Notes under the pieces: model-generated
Seen by the model: only the letters and a program-made list of their open reading frames with translations
The model's database searches: none
What the model was told of the DNA's origin: nothing
Part shown: piece after piece, positions 60,468 to 64,000 of the stretch
Layout: every line of letters starts with the position of its first letter
How positions within the stretch are numbered: position 1 is the stretch's first letter
Made by a program: the position numbers and the translations under genes
Assembly (NCBI GenBank): GCA_002159075.1
Contig: LZRT01000072.1
Coordinates: forward strand, 7,096 to 71,095
Direction of reading: 5' to 3'
DNA length: 64,000 nucleotides
From: Bacillus thermozeamaize
GTDB taxonomy: Bacteria; Bacillota; Bacilli; ZCTH02-B2

Positions 60468-62382
60468 CCTCCCGTTTCCTTTTCCAGTAGTGATAGGAAG
60501 CCAGTGCCAAGATGCCGGTCATCCCGATCAGGTCGGTCACCAGTCCCGGATCCAGCAGAACCAGCGCCAGGATGAATAAGACGATCCGGTGCAGCATGGT
60601 AATGTGCCGGAACAGGTACCCCTCCAGGCTGGCGGCCAGCGCGACGATTCCCAAGATGGCCGTCACAGCTACCCAGACAAATTCACCGGGTGTGGTATCC
60701 AAAAACAACAGGGACGGATTGATCGCAAAGATAAACGGCAGGAGGAAAGCGGCCAGCGACAGTTTGAATCCGTTCAAGGCGGTTTGCATCGGCTTGGCCT
60801 TGGCGATGGTGGCCGCCAAATAGGAACTCAACGCGACGGGCGGTGTGACGGCTGCCATGCAACCGAAATAGAAAATAAACAGGTGGGCCGCCGCCACCGG
60901 GACGCCCATTTTGACCAGTGCCGGCGCCGCCAGGGTACCAAGGATGATGTACAAGGCCGCCGTGGGTAGACCCATGCCCAGAATGATGGATGCGATCATG
61001 GTGAAGAAAAGGGCGAGATACAATTGGTTGTTGGAAAATTGCAGGACGAAGTCGGAAAACTTCAAACCCAGGCCGGTCAAGGTGACCACGCCGACAATGA
61101 TCCCGGCCACGGCACTGGCGGCAATGAGGCCGATCGCCCCTTTGGCTCCGCTTTCCAGGGCGTAAAGCAGCTTGGGCAGGGTAAGGCGCGTGTCTTTGCG
61201 AAACAGGCTGGCCACAAAAACAACGATGACCGCATAGAAAGAGGCCTTGATGGGGGTGTAGCCGATCAAGAGCATCACCAGGATGCTGACCGGTCCTGCC
61301 ATCAGGAAGATGCTTTTTTTCAGGGTTTCCTTCAGATCGGGCAACGCTTCTTTGGGCAGCCCCATCAATCCGGATTTGGCCGCGCGGAAATCCACCATCA
61401 AAAAGATGGAGAGATAGTAGAGAATGGCCGGCAATGCGGCATAGATGATGATCTGGTTGTAGGGGATGCCGGTCATTTCGGCCATGATAAAGGCGGCCGC
61501 GCCCATGACGGGGGGCATGATCTGGCCGCCGGAGGAGGCCGCCGCTTCCACGCCGCCAGCAAACTCCGGCTTGTATCCAACATTTTTCATCAGCGGGATG
61601 GTGAAAATCCCCGTGCTGGCCACGTTGGCGAAGGAACTGCCCGAGATGGTTCCCATCAGGCCGCTCCCCACGACAGCCGCCTTGGCGGGGCCGCCGCGGA
61701 ACCGGCCGGTCAGGGCAAACGCCAGATCGATGAAGGCTTTTCCGCCGCCGGAAGCCTGCAACATGGCGCCGAAGACGATGAAGGTGAAGACAAAACTGGC
61801 CGTGGTATAGATGGCCACGCCGTAAATTCCTTCCGACGTGAAATACATCTGTTCCAGGATCCGCTTCAACGTGTATCCGTTGTGACCGAAATCGCCCGGC
61901 AAGTATTGCCCGAAGAAGGCATAAAGAAGAAACGCGCCGGCCACCAGGCTGAGCGTCCACCCCATGGTGCGGCGGGAAGCTTCCAGGCACAACAGAATGG
62001 CGATGGCCGACATGATCAAATCGACGGTGTTGGGATTGCCCTGACGATACACCAATTCCATGTAATTGATGACAATGTATGCGCCGATGGTCACGCTGCC
62101 CAGGATACAGAGCCAGTCCCACCATGGAATCTTGTGTTGATCTTTTCGCGTGGCAGGATACAGAAAAAAGACCAGGACCAAGGCGAAGGACAGGTGAATG
62201 GCGCGATGCTGCAGGGCTGGCAGCGATTCAATTCCTGCGGAGTACAGCTGGTAGATGGAAAAGAGTACGGCAATCACCGCAGTGAGGCGCAAGAGCGGCC
62301 TGGACAACTGGCGCAACTGCTGTCCCCATTCCCCCTGTTCTTCAGGGGAATCGGTGATCTGATGTGTGTGATCCTGATTCAT
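60439..62382 (-). CDS. TRAP transporter fused permease (TAXI-type 4TM/12TM)
   Basis: GGPAKAAV, ASSGGQIMPPVMGAAAF, ILGMGLPT and TPPVAL. Confidence 0.93.
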   Translation of the reverse strand: MNQDHTHQITDSPEEQGEWGQQLRQLSRPLLRLTAVIAVLFSIYQLYSAGIESLPALQHRAIHLSFALVLVFFLYPATRKDQHKIPWWDWLCILGSVTIGAYIVINYMELVYRQGNPNTVDLIMSAIAILLCLEASRRTMGWTLSLVAGAFLLYAFFGQYLPGDFGHNGYTLKRILEQMYFTSEGIYGVAIYTTASFVFTFIVFGAMLQASGGGKAFIDLAFALTGRFRGGPAKAAVVGSGLMGTISGSSFANVASTGIFTIPLMKNVGYKPEFAGGVEAAASSGGQIMPPVMGAAAFIMAEMTGIPYNQIIIYAALPAILYYLSIFLMVDFRAAKSGLMGLPKEALPDLKETLKKSIFLMAGPVSILVMLLIGYTPIKASFYAVIVVFVASLFRKDTRLTLPKLLYALESGAKGAIGLIAASAVAGIIVGVVTLTGLGLKFSDFVLQFSNNQLYLALFFTMIASIILGMGLPTAALYIILGTLAAPALVKMGVPVAAAHLFIFYFGCMAAVTPPVALSSYLAATIAKAKPMQTALNGFKLSLAAFLLPFIFAINPSLLFLDTTPGEFVWVAVTAILGIVALAASLEGYLFRHITMLHRIVLFILALVLLDPGLVTDLIGMTGILALASYHYWKRKREDARLLSPSQ

Positions 62383-62451
62383 GCGGTTTCACCTCAAATG
62401 CGATCGATCCCCCGCTTGAGGGGGATCTCATGGACTTCACGCTCATTTCAC

Positions 62452-63471
62452 TCATTTCACTTCAATGTTTTGTTCTTGATAGTATTTGACGGCACCCGGA
62501 TGGAACGGGATGGAAACGCCCTTGGTGGCTGTTTCCAGGCTGATGTTTTTGGCGACAGCGTGCGCCTCCTTCACTTTGTCCAGGTTTTCGAAGAGCGCCT
62601 TGGTCATCTCGTAGACAGTCTGTTCATCCATCTCTTCGCTGACGATGAGCAGGGCGGGCGAGGCGCCTGAGACGACGTCATCATCCACGCCTTCATAGGT
62701 GCCGGCAGGGATGGTGGTCGTGATGAAATACGGGTCAGAGGCGACAAATGCCTCAAATTTTTCGCTGTCCAGTTGCAGGAGCTTGATTTTCATCGAAGCG
62801 GCCGCGTCCACGATGGCTGCCGTCGGCACCCCGGCGCCCACCACGGCGGCGTCAATGGTTTTGTCTTTCATGCCGGTCACCGCATCGGAAAAGCTGATAA
62901 ATTCCGGCTTGAAGTCGTTGTAGGTCAGGCCGTGGGCTTCCAGGATGAGCCGGCCGGTTCTTTCGGTGCCACTGCCGGGTGAACCCATGGCCACTTTTTT
63001 GCCCCGTAGGTCAGCAATCGAGTTCAGTCCGGAATCCTGGCGCACCACGAACTGGAACACTTCCGGGTACAGCGCGGCGACGGCGCGCAGTTTTTTGATT
63101 GGTTGCTCAAACGGCTCCTCGCCGTTGTATGCGGCAAAGGCGGTGTTGGATGCGGCCAAAGCCAGTTGGACCTCTCCGCTGTTCAACAACTGCAGGTTTT
63201 GGATAGAACCGCCGGTGGACTCGACATTCAGTTCATAGGCGGGATTTTCGCCAATCGCCTTGGCAATGCCGACGCCCACCGGGAAGTAGGTTCCGGAAGA
63301 GGTGCCGGTGGCGATGGAGAACTTTTTCACTTGCCCGGACGATCCGGTGGATGAACTGTTGCCATTGGCGTTGTCCTGATTCGCTGGGTTTGCCTGCCCA
63401 CCGCCGCACGCGGCCAGGACGAGCATGGCCATCAGACCGACGAATAAGAAGAATCTTTTTTTCAATCTCAT
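62452..63471 (-). CDS. TAXI-family TRAP solute-binding lipoprotein
   Basis: Lipobox LAAC, IATGTSSGTYF, STGGSIQN, GSPGSGT and PFHPGA. Confidence 0.93.
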   Translation of the reverse strand: MRLKKRFFLFVGLMAMLVLAACGGGQANPANQDNANGNSSSTGSSGQVKKFSIATGTSSGTYFPVGVGIAKAIGENPAYELNVESTGGSIQNLQLLNSGEVQLALAASNTAFAAYNGEEPFEQPIKKLRAVAALYPEVFQFVVRQDSGLNSIADLRGKKVAMGSPGSGTERTGRLILEAHGLTYNDFKPEFISFSDAVTGMKDKTIDAAVVGAGVPTAAIVDAAASMKIKLLQLDSEKFEAFVASDPYFITTTIPAGTYEGVDDDVVSGASPALLIVSEEMDEQTVYEMTKALFENLDKVKEAHAVAKNISLETATKGVSIPFHPGAVKYYQEQNIEVK

Positions 63472-63484
63472 AACCCCCTCATGT

Positions 63485-64000
63485 TTACTTGCCTGAAAAG
63501 ACCTGGAAATCGGCATAGTAATCTTCCAGCAGATTCAGCATCTGAACTACTCTTTCTTTGGCATGGTAGCTGACTGCCGAGATGATGGCATTGATCAACG
63601 CGAATGAGGCCGCGTGGGAATCCACCGAGGTATAGGACTTGATCTCGGTGAGAAAGGAGAAGTCACCCAATTCCAGCAAGGGAGAGCGGATGCTGTCAGT
63701 GATTACGGTAATGGTGGCCTTTTTATGCTTGAGGTAACGCAAGGCATCCACGGTTTTTTTCGCATATCTGGGGTAGCCGAAGCCGATGGCCAGGGACTGT
63801 TCATCCGCATAGCGGAAGCAGTCTTCCATATCCGGCCCCAGAGAGGTGACCGTATGCACATTGCCCAACAGGTTGTTCAGGTTAAACCCCAGGAAAAAGG
63901 CATCGGCCGAGGTGGAACGGGAACCAATGACAAAAATGTTCCTAGCCTCTGTGATGCGCTGGATGAATTGCTGAAACTGTTCGTGATCAATGGATTCCAA
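63485..64000 (-). CDS. MurR/RpiR-family regulator, SIS domain (5' end outside the window)
   Basis: IFVIGSRST, FGYPRY and VITDSIRSPL. Confidence 0.85.
   Translation of the reverse strand: MESIDHEQFQQFIQRITEARNIFVIGSRSTSADAFFLGFNLNNLLGNVHTVTSLGPDMEDCFRYADEQSLAIGFGYPRYAKKTVDALRYLKHKKATITVITDSIRSPLLELGDFSFLTEIKSYTSVDSHAASFALINAIISAVSYHAKERVVQMLNLLEDYYADFQVFSGK

Overview
This window is the replication-origin region of a GC-rich, spore-forming Bacillota (Bacillales-like) chromosome. From 1 to about 41.4 kb it is conserved backbone: dnaN(partial)-oriC-dnaA-rpmH-rnpA-yidD-yidC-jag-mnmE-mnmG-rsmG-noc-soj-spo0J, ychF, rpsF-ssb-rpsR, yybS-gdpP-rplI-replicative helicase-purA, an M23/LysM peptidase, the walRK-yycHIJ-htrA cluster, spo0M and rlmH. 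DnaA boxes, parS sites, PurBoxes and an S6:S18 leader are visible. Two departures from the textbook backbone stand out. First, a phosphotriesterase-like lactonase plus acyl-CoA ligase pair is inserted between ychF and rpsF. Second, the wal operon is headed by a translationally coupled HEXXH metallopeptidase, and its WalK lacks the cytoplasmic PAS domain. Downstream of rlmH (41.4-64 kb) lies a patchwork accessory region: mqo, a TetR/flavoprotein pair, a gerA-type operon, an IS200/IS605 element (frameshifted tnpA, intact tnpB, inserted in a 14-bp tandem repeat), a GmrSD-type nuclease, gene remnants, DUF4183 genes, and an RpiR-TAXI/TRAP-amino acid/opine dehydrogenase cluster. No rRNA, tRNA or CRISPR array was seen. 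All family calls come from reading and recalling motifs; no searches were run.
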